Source of the DNA: Octopus sinensis
Taxonomy: Eukaryota
NCBI RefSeq assembly: GCF_006345805.1
Contig: NC_043000.1
Coordinates: 30,814,001-30,878,000 of the forward strand
Length of the DNA: 64,000 nt
Reading direction: 5' to 3'
Shown here: piece after piece, positions 1 through 13,447 of the stretch
How positions within the stretch are numbered: position 1 is the first letter of the stretch
How the letters are laid out: each line of letters starts with the position of its first letter
The notes under the pieces: model-generated
Seen by the model: only the letters and a program-made list of their open reading frames with translations
Database searches by the model: none
Told to the model about the DNA's origin: nothing
Translations under genes and position numbers: made by a program

Positions 1-721
1 ATATATGTATGTTTGTATCTGAAATTATATATTGTTTTTGGCCTCAATGCTTAAACATAATCTGTGAACAGCTCACTAAATATTTGCCTAATTTGAATTT
101 GTGCAAGAAATCTATAACGTTTCGAGTATCATGTATAAAATATGTTTATCTCTAGAATACAACAGGATTTACATGGTTTATATATAATTAAATATCGAAA
201 AGTAAATGATGGCTGCCACTGTATAATATACATGGCATCAACTGTATGTTACGATTTAAGTATACACAGATGGCAAAGGTCAGGGAATTTTTCTAAGAAA
301 ATGAAATAAAATCCAACTTAAATACTTATCTCTGTTATGTCAAATGCTTGAATACCAATTCCTCCTGACTTTTAAATGGAGCGACTATATTTTACTATTT
401 AGTAAGTTCATACGTTTGTCGCTGGAAGTTCAACAAGGACACGTGATAAGTGACAAAATGTTTGGAGGCAAAACTTAAGCTAAGAAATGTGATTATGAAT
501 CCAATGAATTATCTTCCTGCATGATTTACAAGCTTACATCGAAGAAAATACTTCACTTGACACGATTTCAAATTTCTTGACTTAGATATTGCCTCGAAAC
601 AATTTTCCACTCGTTACTTGAACTCCTTGACTTCTCAGTGACAATCGACACGTGAGCGTTCTATAGACTGAATGCAATCGCGTCCTTTAGCGGAGGCACA
701 AAGATGGACTCGCAAGAGTAA

Positions 722-722
722 G

Positions 723-754
<32 letters not shown>

Positions 755-813
755 ACATACATATATATATATATATATACACACACACATATATATATAT
801 ATATATTATATAT

Positions 814-880
<67 letters not shown>

Positions 881-908
881 TATACACATATATATATTAT
901 ATATATAG
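722..908. repeat. (TA)n/(CA)n compound microsatellite, representative of dozens of (TA)n, (CA)n, (TACA)n, (TATC)n and (CT)n tracts in the window
   Basis: Directly visible; such tracts generate the YIYI/HTHT/MYVC ORFs in the track. Confidence 0.98.
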
Positions 909-1658
909 AAGTGGAGTAGCTTTTCAATTCATTCTTTAGGAAGATTCAAAGTCATTCTATGCATGAGTATAAATTAGAAACGTAACTCATTGCTTTTGAC
1001 TATTATTTTTTTCTCCATTAGTAATAACACAACGGAAGCTAGCAGAATGGAAAATTTATATACACGTTATTGAAGATGCCTTGTTGTTAGTAGGTAAATT
1101 TACGAAATACATCTACATGAGATAAAGTCAAATATGATTAGGTCAACGGGAGCAATTTTACTTTCACTGGAGATTTTAAGGGCAATCGGCATTGGTTTAC
1201 AATAGAAAATAAATGCTTTCATATCGCTCATTATAGTATTTGTCCTGTTGTTGGCTGAGAAAAATAATGATATGCCATGCTGTAAACTAGATTTCAATTT
1301 GTGATATTCTCCATTATGTTAGCGATGTTAGACCTTGCCTGATAGTTTTCACAAGAACCAAATTTTCTTTTCGTTTATAAAAAAGCATTATGTAGAATGT
1401 TTCTTATTCAGCTTCCTATTTTAATAATAGTACTATTAACGCTTTTTATCTCTTCTGCAAATTAGCAGGCTGTCTTTGAACTCTCATCTTGTTAAAGTTT
1501 GAATTTCTTTTTGCCACAGGGAAATTACATGTCAATGAAAAGACTTCATTCGCGAGAAAAACTTGTTTTTAGATTTTAATTCTATTTCTTCAATTTTATT
1601 CGCTTCATAAAACTTAGCTACGAGGAAGTGAAAACAAAATCGAGAAACTTACCATGTA

Positions 1659-1719
<61 letters not shown>

Positions 1720-2299
1720 ATTATTATATATATATGTGTGTGTGTGTGGTGTGTGTGTGTGTATATATATACACGCATATATATATAGCTATACACACAC
1801 GTATGTATGTATGTATAAATGTATGTACATAAATAGAGAGTGGTATATGTATGTATGCGTGTATCGTATCTATGTATGTTTAAATATAGATAAAACATCA
1901 GATAACATTATGTGTTGTAGATTTTAGGAGTCTCTTAAAGATATCTAATTGATTTTCTTGGTTGGCCACTTTTTCCTTCTTTAGAGTATCAACAAACGTC
2001 TAAATAATATGGTTTGCCGGAGGCTCCACAGAACTTGACGTTCGCTGATGTTCGAAATTGTCTGATGCAATAGCAGAACAATATAAATTTTGTCATACAA
2101 TGCTTTTGACCGTTAGATTTTTATATACCAGGCAGGGTTTATAGACAATGGTTTACAGAATAGCTTTCAATGTCGGATAAGCCTAAAAAGAAAACACATA
2201 CAAACTGTCAGGTTGAAGGAATATTACTTGTTTGCTGGTAAATGGTATGGTAATTGTATGCCGGGACGCATGGGGAAAATAACCAAGAAATGTTATTTA

Positions 2300-2800
2300 T
2301 CGAAGAAAGAGCTGTGTGTAAATCTCTTCAGTTACTTCTGCTCCAGGCAAGATGCAATTTATAAATAACTCGGGACACATAAAATAAAAACCAGCTATAG
2401 GTTGCATTGTGATTTTAAATTAGAAAAAAGTGGCGAAATAGGTAAACGTATATTGCAACGATCTTAGGAAACTATAGCAATTGGTAGATTCGTTATATAA
2501 AAAAAAATGTCTTTCAATATACTTGAAGAAACAAGATTAGTTTCAGTATATGGAACAAAAGATTCGGTAACTGAAGATAGTTGATGCATGCATTTATAAG
2601 CAAAAGCAATCCTTAAAACTCACAAATCCTTTATATTTTATTATCAACGATTTTCTTCTTAAAAGCATAAAACGTGAGAAGCTTAGGATTAGAGATATTG
2701 AGAATTACGATATGTCACTTGGACAGCATTAAAGCAATGATGAAGAGTCTTGACTATTCTTATATTTATTGATAAAGAGACTGAAACTTCATTCTGATGG
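2300..2800 (+). mobile_element. Highly degenerate Penelope-like element 3' end (GIY-YIG remnant plus hammerhead-like motif)
   Basis: Manual translation gives ..HCDFKLEKSGEIGKRILQRS*E.., resembling CxxC..YIGETGRxLxxRxxEH, followed by a decayed hammerhead motif at 2736-2793. Confidence 0.4.
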
Positions 2801-3075
2801 ATTGCAATTCTTGGTTTTTTGGGGTTTTTTTGTATTTAATTTCGTTGTAGGTTACAGGTTTCTTGAGTTTAATCACGGCATTCCAGTGTTTATGTTGCCG
2901 AAAGTCACAGAGCAGCATCTATACAACATGTATGGGTCGAATATTACAATAGGTATGGTTGTTCGATAACTTTGGTTCATGACTTTCCTCGACAATATTT
3001 ACAGATTTCGACGAGAAATAATAAAACACATACACGTAGACATACACACGCACGCACACTCTCTCTTTCTCTCTC

Positions 3076-3107
<32 letters not shown>

Positions 3108-4747
3108 ATTCATACACACTTTCTCTCTCTCTCTTTCTCACACACATACACACATATTCATACACACTTTCTCTCTCTCTCTTTCACATATATACACACA
3201 TACACACACAACCACACACACACAATCTTTCTCTCTCTCTCTCTCTCTCACATACTCATATACACCCACACATACACACTTTCTTTCTTTCTTTCGCACA
3301 TACACACACATACACACACAAACACACACATACGCACACACGCATACAATACTGCACTACATACATGAAGATTATCCATCGTATATACATGGTGTCTATG
3401 CTTTCTATATACGAGAAATTTGCTACGGGATAGCATCTAGGGAAAATTCCCTACATGTCACCATGTGGTAAAGAATACCTGAATGTCTCAGACCAGGTGA
3501 GACAATTCGGCGTATAACACATGCACTATATACATACGTGCGACCGATGATGTTTACATTACTAGAGCTGCGTTTAATTCGTGATTCAACACATGGATAT
3601 GGATGTGGAGTACGTGCATGTTTATACCAAACCACCTTCAAGGCTACCCCGATGCAATTAGAGAACAAGAGATCACCATTAAGTGCCTGCTGTATGAAAA
3701 TCAGAAAACACTGACAGACAGCCAATGGGTGGGTAATGATTTCGCTTGTTATCAGGACTAGTTGTCATACGTTTATTTCAAATTACGTAGCTTCTGGTTT
3801 CTAATCAAATTATCGTTTCAACAAGCAGAAGCCATTAATTCTAATTTCTCTATCATTAAACAAATGGGCGATTAATTGACCTCCGTTGACAACATTTGAC
3901 TGCTACAATTGGCTTTCTTTCCAAAGGTTTTTCGGTTCCGACCCAGAACTTCACAAATTATTTTGGTGTTGTGTCTGCTGTTGTTGTATAGTTCTGATGG
4001 AGCATAGCTATGACCTCAAAAAAACAGTGAAACTGAAGGAAACTAGAGATGGTTTATGTCAATAAATAATAAATATAAATAGTTCAAAGCTGAAATAAAT
4101 TTAATATGGAGAAGTGGCGTTTATTATTAAGTGGCGGAGCCCTTCGCTGAAAAAAATACATTAACTATTTTTTCATATTACTTCTTCCTCTGGTAAACTG
4201 TTCGACTTGAAACGACAAAGTTCCCTGTTCTTCATTCCAGATCAATTTACTCTTCGCTAACCTTAGTGACTATTTATGCAATGTATTCGTGGTTAGTTAA
4301 TGTGTTGAAGAAATATACATATACATCCATTTCCTAATTTTCGATCGCATTGTTTACATAGCTTATTCAGATAGGAAATGTTGTAAGATTCAGTGGTGGC
4401 TCTAAATTCTATTGAAAACCTGTAGAGATAAATTTAAAAAGAAGGCAACGCACTTCCAGCAAAAATGTAGGATACGGTATAAGCTTATAAGCCGTTACTG
4501 TACATAGTAGAATATTCTGGCTGCCAAATGAAGTACTGTGTCCCTAACAGCAATTAATAGGTATGTAGCAGTTGCCAGGAATGGGTTATATTTGGAAAGT
4601 GGTATATCGAATGGTGCTACACCGCTAATATTAATGTCTATTGAAACAATGTATTCGTGGATAGTAGTTGTATTGTAGCTGGTGCTGAAGAGAATGCAAT
4701 AATTCCTGAAATATGCATATACACCCACTATCTATCTTCTGTTTTCT

Positions 4748-4980
4748 TATTTCTTTATTGCCCACAGGGGGCTACACACAGAGAGGACAAACAAGGAGAG
4801 AAAAACGGATTAAGTCGATTATATCGACCCCAGTGTGTAACTGGTACTTATTTAATCGACCCCGAAAGGATGAAAGGCAAAGTCGAGCTCGGCGGAATTT
4901 GAGCTCAGAACGTAGCGGCGGACGAAATACCACAAAGCATTACGCCCGACGTGCTAACGTTTCTGCCAGCTCACCGCCTT
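4748..4980 (-). mobile_element. tRNA-derived SINE, family A (head aaggcggcgagctggcag, B-box-like gagttcaaattcc)
   Basis: Multi-copy in window; flanked by 15-bp TSD tatcttctgtYttct (4733-4747 and 4981-4995). Confidence 0.9.
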
Positions 4981-5435
4981 TATCTTCTGTCTTCTATTGC
5001 ATTCTTTACGTTGATGTAGTTGTATGCAAATCTGTCATAACTCTTAGTGTTGCTGTAAATTCTATAGAAAATATGTAAAGATAAATATACTCTCTCCTTT
5101 GTGTATATATAATGTTTTCGTAGTCAGAGACTTGCTAACAATGGTATCATTATTTATACTAGTGAAGTAGTCCACTCTTCTGAGCTAGGTAGTCGTTATC
5201 ATTGAGAATTAAGTTCCTGGGGCATGGGCAAGTGGCCGTTCTAGTAACAGGACACCATCTCTGAAGATACAGTTGACCTGTGAAAATATAGTTGGACGTA
5301 CTTAACATCTGTAACCAAAATGAAAATTTGCTGCAGGCGTCTTCTCAGCCATTCAACCTTCCATAACAGCAGTCAAATTCTTTATTAAACACCGTATTGT
5401 ATTAAAATAGAAATGCACCGTGCACAGGTTATTGT

Positions 5436-5846
5436 TTTATTTGTTTCTGTCATTGGACTGTGGTCATGCTGGAGCACCGCCTATAGTCAAGCAAATCGCC
5501 CCCAGGGCTTATTTTCTGTAAGTTTAGTACTTCTATCGGTGTCTGAACCGCTAATTTACGGGGACGTAAACTCACCAGCATCGGTTGTCAGGCGATCTTA
5601 AGGGACAAACACAAACACACAAACATATACACACACATACACACACAACCCCCCCCCACACACACACACACATATATACATACATATATATATATACGAC
5701 GGGCTTCTTTCCGTTTCCGTCTACCAAATCCACTCACAAAGCTTTGGTCAGCCCGAGGCTATAGGAGAAGACAAGGTGCCACGCAGCGGGACTGAACCCA
5801 TGACCATGTGGTTGGTAATCAAACTACTTACCACACAGCCACTCCC
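5436..5846 (-). mobile_element. tRNA-derived SINE, family B (head ggagtggctgtgtggtaag..gggttcagtccc, internal (GT)n, tail gactgaaacaagtaaaagag)
   Basis: Near full-length copy homologous to 25609-26033 and 40767-41170. Confidence 0.9.
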
Positions 5847-6706
5847 AGATCATGAAATAAAATCAAATGGGAATATCAGTGTTGGATCACCATTCATAAA
5901 TGTTCAGTCAGAGCTGAAAGGGGCTTAAACAACAACATTTAGTCCGAGTTTTGGTTCACTGTCTCGTTTGATAGGCCCTGCTGCTTCAGGAAAAGCTTTG
6001 GTTTTACCGAGTGACTGTATTCCTAACAGTAAGGCATTTCATCGCATACTCATACGCTCGTTATTTTTGGCGCCGTTTCACAATCGAGGATTTAGTTCTT
6101 AGGAAGGCTCGTGCAAATACGTGACAACAGAATCTCTTAATCTAAATACCAGAATATGAAGGGATTATTAGAAGGAAGAAATGTCAACTGGGATAATTAA
6201 AGACACGAATTAATTAAAGGCTGTTTTATGTGATTATTAGGCCTTTTAGAAATAGTAGCCAATTCAATCTCCCTCATATCGCACCAGATTTTGATTAAAA
6301 TAAAGGAACGATACTGTGATAATATATATTTGAAACATCAGAGATTTGAACCATAGCTAAAATAGTTATTAACTTAGGTAGTTACAACAACAGTAACAAC
6401 AAAACCAGGTAAAGTATACGCTATGTACATTAGACATTAGTTTAATACAAGTCTCAATGTAAAAGCGGAGGAGAGGTGATTATGTTGCACATCCGATTGC
6501 CTATCAGAAAGCGGACGAGTAATAGGTTACCGCCAGTATTTCTCTGAATATACCAAGAGGATACTTCACGCTAAAGTATTCCTGTATGTATAGCAGTAAC
6601 GATTGAGAGAAATTACTCAGCTAACATCGCAACGCCCTCTTTTGCTTACAGTCAGATCTGCACTTTTGGGCTATTATACTACCTTCACTCAAAAAGTGGT
6701 TGATAC

Positions 6707-6791
6707 CTTCTTCTTCTTCTTCTTCTTCTTCTTCTTCTTCTTCTTCTTCTTCTTCTTCTTCTTCTTCTTCTCCTCCTCCTCCTCGTTGTTG

Positions 6792-6836
<45 letters not shown>
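6707..6836. repeat. (CTT)n-(CCT)n-(GTT)n-(ATT)n compound triplet microsatellite
   Basis: Directly visible. Confidence 0.97.
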
Positions 6837-6837
<1 letters not shown>

Positions 6838-7280
6838 GTTTGACTTTTGCTTTGTATTTGTACAAGTTGGCTATAAGTCTCACCTAGATACCTCAAGAGA
6901 CAAGTCACAAGTTCATGTTGGTGTTATGCCTAGGGTGTCAAATATTTGGTTTTGTACATAGTATTGTTCTAGAGAATGTTTAAGAAAACGTAAGAAAATT
7001 ATAAGTTTGTTTTAAGACTTGAAATTACATATACAGTATTTTACGTAGGATATGTGCAGTTCCCATGAGCACTATCTTTTGAATTTCTGACATTTTGGGA
7101 TTGCTTGGTATCTGAGCTAGGTAGCAATCAACCTCTTTTGCTATCATTCCTAGGCCACCTATGGCAACAGGTATTGTTTTAGTGTGGAGGTTCCACATTT
7201 TGCCAATTTCTATTTGAAGATCTTTACACTTGCTCAGTTTTTGGTAGGTCTTTACATATATATTTATATCGATTGGGACA
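6837..7280 (-). mobile_element. 5'-truncated R4/Dong-clade non-LTR retrotransposon (RLE endonuclease C-terminus plus 3'UTR)
   Basis: ORF 7025..7384 contains KLSKCKDLQIEIGKMWNL..IPVAIGGLG..IQKIVLMGTAHILRKIL, typical of R4/Dong C-termini; flanked on both sides by (TAA)n. Confidence 0.85.
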
Positions 7281-7284
7281 GTTA

Positions 7285-7362
<78 letters not shown>

Positions 7363-7766
7363 CCGTTGTAACTCTATAGAACATAACAGCGAAATTTGTT
7401 TCTTTTTATTTGCTTTCGTTTTGTGTACAATACTGTGTTGTAATGTGATTCAATGGATTTCTTCTTGTAAATGCATGGTAGAGCGAGAAAGTCTTAAACT
7501 TGTGTATCCGATGTAACATTTTGTGTCATGAAGTTTACGACGTCCATGTTTACATTGTAATTTCAGATTAAAATTGTGCGTTTTATAATTTTATATTACA
7601 TTGGCCGGGTGAATCACGTTCTGTGCCTGGCAGGTTTGTGATGTCAGCTTAACGAAAGATTGTTATTTGTTTTATTCTTGTCTTTCTGATGATTTTGGTA
7701 ATTCATTCAAGCAACACACACACGCATGCACACAAGCATGCAAATACACGTAGGTATATATAAGTT

Positions 7767-7818
<52 letters not shown>

Positions 7819-7882
7819 TATATATATATAATATATATAAGTTTATATATATATATATATATATATATAAGTTTATATATAT

Positions 7883-7949
<67 letters not shown>

Positions 7950-7968
7950 TTGTATATATATATATATA

Positions 7969-8010
<42 letters not shown>

Positions 8011-8214
8011 GCATGCGTGTCTTTCTCTCTTTCACACACACACTTTCTTTTTACATATAAATATACGCCTCTCATTGTATATATGTACATGTATATATAT
8101 GTATATATGTATATATATATATGTGTGTGTGTTTGTGTGTGTGTATATGTGTGTGTGTTTGTATATATCTCTGTGTGTGTTTGTGTGCGCGTGTAAGGGT
8201 GTGTATATAGTGTA

Positions 8215-9090
8215 TACGAGGGTACCCAAAAGTAACCGGAAACGTTCTCTATGAGACAAATACGTCATAGTTCAGGGTCCAGACTTTAGAAGCCACTTGG
8301 TGTGACCCTCAGGCATCAATCTGCCGACTAGCTTCTTCAGTTGTAGACGTACTGCTACGTGATGTGTCTATATTTTGCGCTGCTTCACCCCTTTTCATCG
8401 ATTTGGCTGAAACGAAGGAACAGCTTGATTCATGTAATTTTGTTTCCTGTTGAGGAAAACGGCGGTCAAAACTGCTGTCGTGCTTCAAACAGCTTACAGG
8501 GACGCTACCATGAGCAAAACATGAGTGGTTTTCACACTTTAGTTATGGTCACATGTCGCTTGAAGACTAACTTTCTTTGAGGGCGACCGTCGACCGCCCA
8601 GCGATCATGAAAATACATCAACTGGTCTTGGAGGACCGTCACCGAACAATTGACGCACTTTTTTATATAACTCGTATGTCCTGGAGCTCCTGACAACGAA
8701 TTTTGAGTGAGGAATTGTGAATGAAAACTGTTACAGCAAAATTAGTGCCTCGCTTACTCACGGAAGGCAGATCAAGAGCGGTCACGAGTGAATGCATGTC
8801 GTGAACCGAAAGAACAGTTGGAAGTTGATCCGGACCTTTTTTTCGAAATTCAACACTGATGATGAAATCTAGTGTTACGGAATTTGCAGATGTGAAAGAG
8901 GTGAAGAAAAAAAGAAATGACAGAGGAGATAAAGGCATCACTTCGCAAGAGTTCCAGGACTGCTTCGAACAGTGGAAAACGCGCCTGGATCGATACATTG
9001 CCTTTGAAGGCGATAAATTTATAAACATGTAAAATTAAGTGAATGAAATAATATTGCGAAACTCCGGTTTCTTTTGGGTGCCACGTCGTA
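8215..9090 (+). mobile_element. Internally deleted mariner transposon
   Basis: Imperfect TIRs tacgagggtacccaaaagtaaccgga / tccggtttcttttgggtgccacgtcgta with TA flanks; decayed transposase QRILSEEL*MKTVTAKLVPRLLT, DEI*CYG, then jumps to C-terminal EFQDCFEQWKTRLDRYI. Confidence 0.85.
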
Positions 9091-9104
9091 TACACACACA
9101 CACA

Positions 9105-9375
9105 TGTTTGGTAGACGGAAACTGAAAGAATCCCGTCGTATATATATACTGTATATATGTGTATATTTGTGTGTCTGTGTTTGTCCCCCGACCATCGCTT
9201 GATAACCGATGTGTTTACGTCTCCATAAACTATCAGTTCTGCAAAAGAGACCGATATAATAAGTACTTGGCTTACAAAAATATATTCTAGTGTTGATTTG
9301 TTCCACTGAAGGGGTGCTCCGGCGTGGCTGCGATCAAATTACTGATATGTAAAAACGGTTTAAAAGAATAAAAGA
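9105..9375 (+). mobile_element. SINE family B, 5'-truncated
   Basis: ttggtagacggaaactgaaagaa.. to tail, homologous to other family B copies. Confidence 0.8.
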
Positions 9376-10137
9376 ATTAGCAGAATGTGTGTGTGCGTGC
9401 GTCTGTGTGTGTGTGTGCGTCTGTGTGTATACATATATATATATTTACATAAATATACATATGTACATACATGCACACAACCATCCAACCATTCATCCAT
9501 CTATGTATCTATCCTTCCACAGAAACATACATACATACATACATACATACATACATACATACATACATACATACATACATACATACATACGTACGTACGT
9601 ACATAATCTTCTAGTTTAACAGTTCGCCTGCAAGTCCTCCTAATCCCAGCTCAGAAGATCCGAGGCTTTTTATAAGATGACATAATCCCATCGTATGTTC
9701 ATGCGTTTCTTTCTAGCCTTCACTAGAATACCTTTGCTGCTCTACATAAACCGTTGATGTATTCCCCATCCCCTTCCCTTATCAACCACGTGCCAAAAAC
9801 ACCATCCCCCTCATTACCAAAACTTCACTCTCTGACACGCTTTCAACCGTGGACCTCAAACATGTTATTTCCTTTCTTTGCTGTTCATACAGGCAAAAGT
9901 GTGGCTGAGTGGTAAGAAGTTTGCATCTTTACCACATGTGTTCGAGTTTAGTCCTACATGGTGAGATTGAACCTTAGGCAAGAGTCTTCTTGCTATAACC
10001 TCGGGCCGACCAATGCCTTGTGAGTGGATTTGTTAGAAAAAAGTCCGTCCTATAAATATCTTTCTATCTATCTATCTACGTACGTACCTACCTATCTATC
10101 TAACTATCTATCTATCTACCTATTTATCTATCTATCT

Positions 10138-11592
10138 ACTTCCGTCGTAACTGCTATCCTGTCTTTTCTCGCCCGCCTTCTAAGGCTACTGGTCGACATT
10201 CCTTCTCTCTCGTCGTCCACTATAATCCAGCGTTTGCAATACTTTTTTCGTCTGGCGTAAACAGCCCTTCTTATCTTGTTCTCCTTGTCCTGTCTCTCAC
10301 TGTTATATGTTTATTTTTCCACTGTTTATATATATTTTTTTACTGTTTATATGTTTGTACTGTCGTTACCGTCTTGCTTTTTTTTTTTTACCATGTTTTA
10401 CCCCTCTGCGAAAAGATCTCAGAATTTTAATTGATTTGCTTTTCGCAGGAAGGAAGTTTCTTCGAAGATACGTCTCGCTTTTATCCTTCGAAACGTAGAG
10501 TAGATGAAACCTTAGCGACTGAAGAAGGGGATTTTTCGTTGTGCTTATTGTCCTGTATCCCTTTTTTTTGCTTGTCCTGTTCCTTGGTTTGTGTCTATGT
10601 TTTTCGTCTCTCTATGTGTTCGACGTCTTTTTGGTGTCCTGTACACATATATGCGTGTATATGTACATGTAGAGGTAGGTACGTACATATATGTTTATAT
10701 ATATGCATATGTTCTATTTTATTAACATATTATACGACTAAACGCACGCACCCTATTAAGTAAGATTGTTCTGTTTAATCAAGTTAGCCTGATATTAACT
10801 CTCACGCGACTCTGCATCTTTCTTTCTTTCTATCCTTCCCTTTTTCGTCTTTTTTCCCTCACTTAACTTGTCTCTTCCTCTCTCTCTCATTCTTCATTCT
10901 CTCTCTCACCCCTCACCATTCTTCATGGTCTCCTCGCACCATTCCCCTTCTTCTCTCTCTTCCTCTTGCTCTTCTCTCTCCCCCATTCCCGTCGTCATCT
11001 GCGACGATACTTCCGTCGTAACTGCTATCCTGTCTTTTCTCGCCCGCCTTCTAAGGCTACTGGTCGCCATTCCTTCTCTCTCGTCGTCCACTATAATCCA
11101 GCGTTTGCAATACTTTTTTTGTCTGGCGTAAACAGCCCTTCTTATCTTGTTCTCCTTGTCCTGTCTCTCACTGTTAATATATTTATTTTTCCACTGTTTA
11201 TATATATTTTTTTACTGTTAATATGTTTGTACTGTCGTTACCGTCTTGCTTTTTTTTTTTACCATGTTTTACCCCCTCTACGAAAGATCTCAGAATTTTA
11301 ATTGTTTGCTTTTCGCAGGAAGGAAGTTTCTTCTTCGAAGATACGTCTCGCTTTTATCCTTCGAAACGTAGAGTAGATGAAACCTTAGCGACTGAAAGGG
11401 GATTTTTCGTTGTGCTTTTTGTCCTGTATCCCTTTTTTTTGCTTGTCCTGTTCCTTGGTTTGTGTCTATTTTTTCGTCTCTCTATGTGTTCGACGTCTTT
11501 TTGGTGTCCTGTACACTATATGCGTGTATATGTACATGTAGAGGTAGGTACGTACATATATGTTTATATATATGCATATGTTCTATTTTATT

Positions 11593-11598
<6 letters not shown>
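10138..11598 (+). mobile_element. Penelope-like element remnant in partial-tandem form: ~590-bp direct repeats (10138-10730, 11008-11598) around a short unique spacer
   Basis: Near-identical direct repeats visible; spacer starts KRTHPIK*DCSV*SS*PDIN, weakly like a GIY-YIG C-terminus; bounded by (TATC)n and (TA)n; related copy at 62828-63150. Confidence 0.6.
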
Positions 11599-11629
<31 letters not shown>

Positions 11630-11749
11630 TCCAGAATAAAATTTAGGAGTTTATGGAAGGCCAAAGTTGGGAACAAAAACGGGACAGTGGAAACATACAA
11701 GGAAACCGAACGAAAACAAATATTTATATACGCCACGTTGGACCACTAA

Positions 11750-11921
11750 ACTCATCACTTTTATTTAATTTTCTCTCTCTGTTTATTTCCTCTTATTCCT
11801 TTCTATCGAAGAGCGTAGGGCTCGAAACGTAAAAAGTTTTCCATTTTTCCCGAGCGTCCAACTAATAGACTTCTTTTTCTTCCCTAAACCTGTTTCGTCT
11901 TTGTTTTTCTATAAATTCGAA

Positions 11922-11925
<4 letters not shown>
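11750..11925 (+). mobile_element. Short repeat family carrying a hammerhead-like motif (gaagagcgtaggctcgaaacgta)
   Basis: Homologous to ~19470-19655 (+) and ~40285-40470 (-). Confidence 0.65.
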
Positions 11926-11996
<71 letters not shown>

Positions 11997-12534
11997 CACT
12001 GAGGTTGTTTCGTTTGACAAAAATCCTTCAAGGGTAATGCCCCAGCATGGCTACAGTTTAATGATTGAAACATAAAAGATAAAAAATAAAAGTAAAAGAT
12101 GCAAGCAACCCCTACAAATATTGCAACTCCTTAGAGCTAACCTGCAATGACAAAGCTGCATAAAAGGGGTCACCTCAATCAAGACCTTACCTATCTGCAC
12201 ATATCGTTTCCTCTTGATCACCCAAATGCTTCTGTGTCCGTATCTTGCCCTGATTTTTCTACCTCCATCTCCTTGTTTCTCAGTGTCCTACTTCATTCTA
12301 ACTTTCTCGTGAACATTTTTCCTCACTCCTCGAATCAGAAATTCTCATGATCTACATAAGCAACATAATTGTTAACACTAATGTAAAACGTGTTCATACA
12401 GTATTTACATAATTTATGCATTTATATGCATGAAAATCAATTTGAGTATATAACACAGCAGTTGTCATGAATGTTACGTAAATATACACACAAACAACAC
12501 ACACACACACATGTATATATAATGAATATATTAT

Positions 12535-12750
12535 GAATCTTTTATCCTTCCCTTGCTTCAGTTATTAGAAAGCAGCTATGCTGGGGTACTACCTTGAAGA
12601 CTTTTAATCGAATGAATCAGCCCACTACTAATTTCTTGTAAGCCTGGTACTTGTCACATTGGTTTCTTTTGCCGGACCGCTAAGTTACCGGGACGTAAAC
12701 AGACCGTGCACCGGTAGCCAAGTGGCGAGATGGAGGTGAAACATGAAGAC
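12535..12750 (-). mobile_element. SINE family B, 3' half
   Basis: Homology to family B tail; the matching head may be 13446-13606. Confidence 0.75.
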
Positions 12751-12811
12751 ATACATACATACATACATACATACATACATACAACTACATACATACATAC
12801 ATACATACTAC

Positions 12812-12853
<42 letters not shown>

Positions 12854-13004
12854 ATAATATTATATATATATATGTATATGTATGATATATATAGATGAAA
12901 TTTATAGAAAAACAAAAGATGAACAATAAGCAGGTGTATTTGTTTGGCGTTTGTGAAAATGAAAAAGGAAAACGTATATATATATATATATATGTATATA
13001 TATT

Positions 13005-13390
13005 ATGGTACTCTGTCAGTTACGACAACGAGAGTTCCAGTCGATCCGATCAACGGAAAAGCCTGCTCGTGAAATTAATGTGCAAGTGGCTGTGACACTC
13101 CACAATCACGTGTACCCTTAATGTAGTTCTCGGGGTAGATTCAGCGTGACACAGAGTGTGACAAGGCTGGCCCTTTCAAATACAGGTACAACAGAAAGAG
13201 GAAGAAAGAGTGAGAAAAAATAAGTTGTGGTGAAAGAGTACAGCAGGGATCACCACCACCCCCTGCCGGAGTTTCGTGGAAGTTTTAGGTATTTTCGCTC
13301 AATAAACACTCACAACGCCCGGTCTGGGAATCGAAACCGTGATCCTACGACCGCGAGTCCGCTTCCCTAACCATTGGGCCATTCTGTCTC

Positions 13391-13393
<3 letters not shown>
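13005..13393 (-). mobile_element. tRNA-derived SINE, family C
   Basis: Minus-strand head gtggagacagaatggcccaatggttagg..ggtttcgattccc with A/B boxes; head shared with 23685-23983. Confidence 0.8.

Positions 13394-13445
<52 letters not shown>

Positions 13446-13447
<2 letters not shown>

Noticed and set aside
108-170. Minus-strand motif ucua..GAAA cgu UA uaga as a hammerhead
   Set aside because: Core reads GAGAUAA and stem II does not pair; too decayed to claim.
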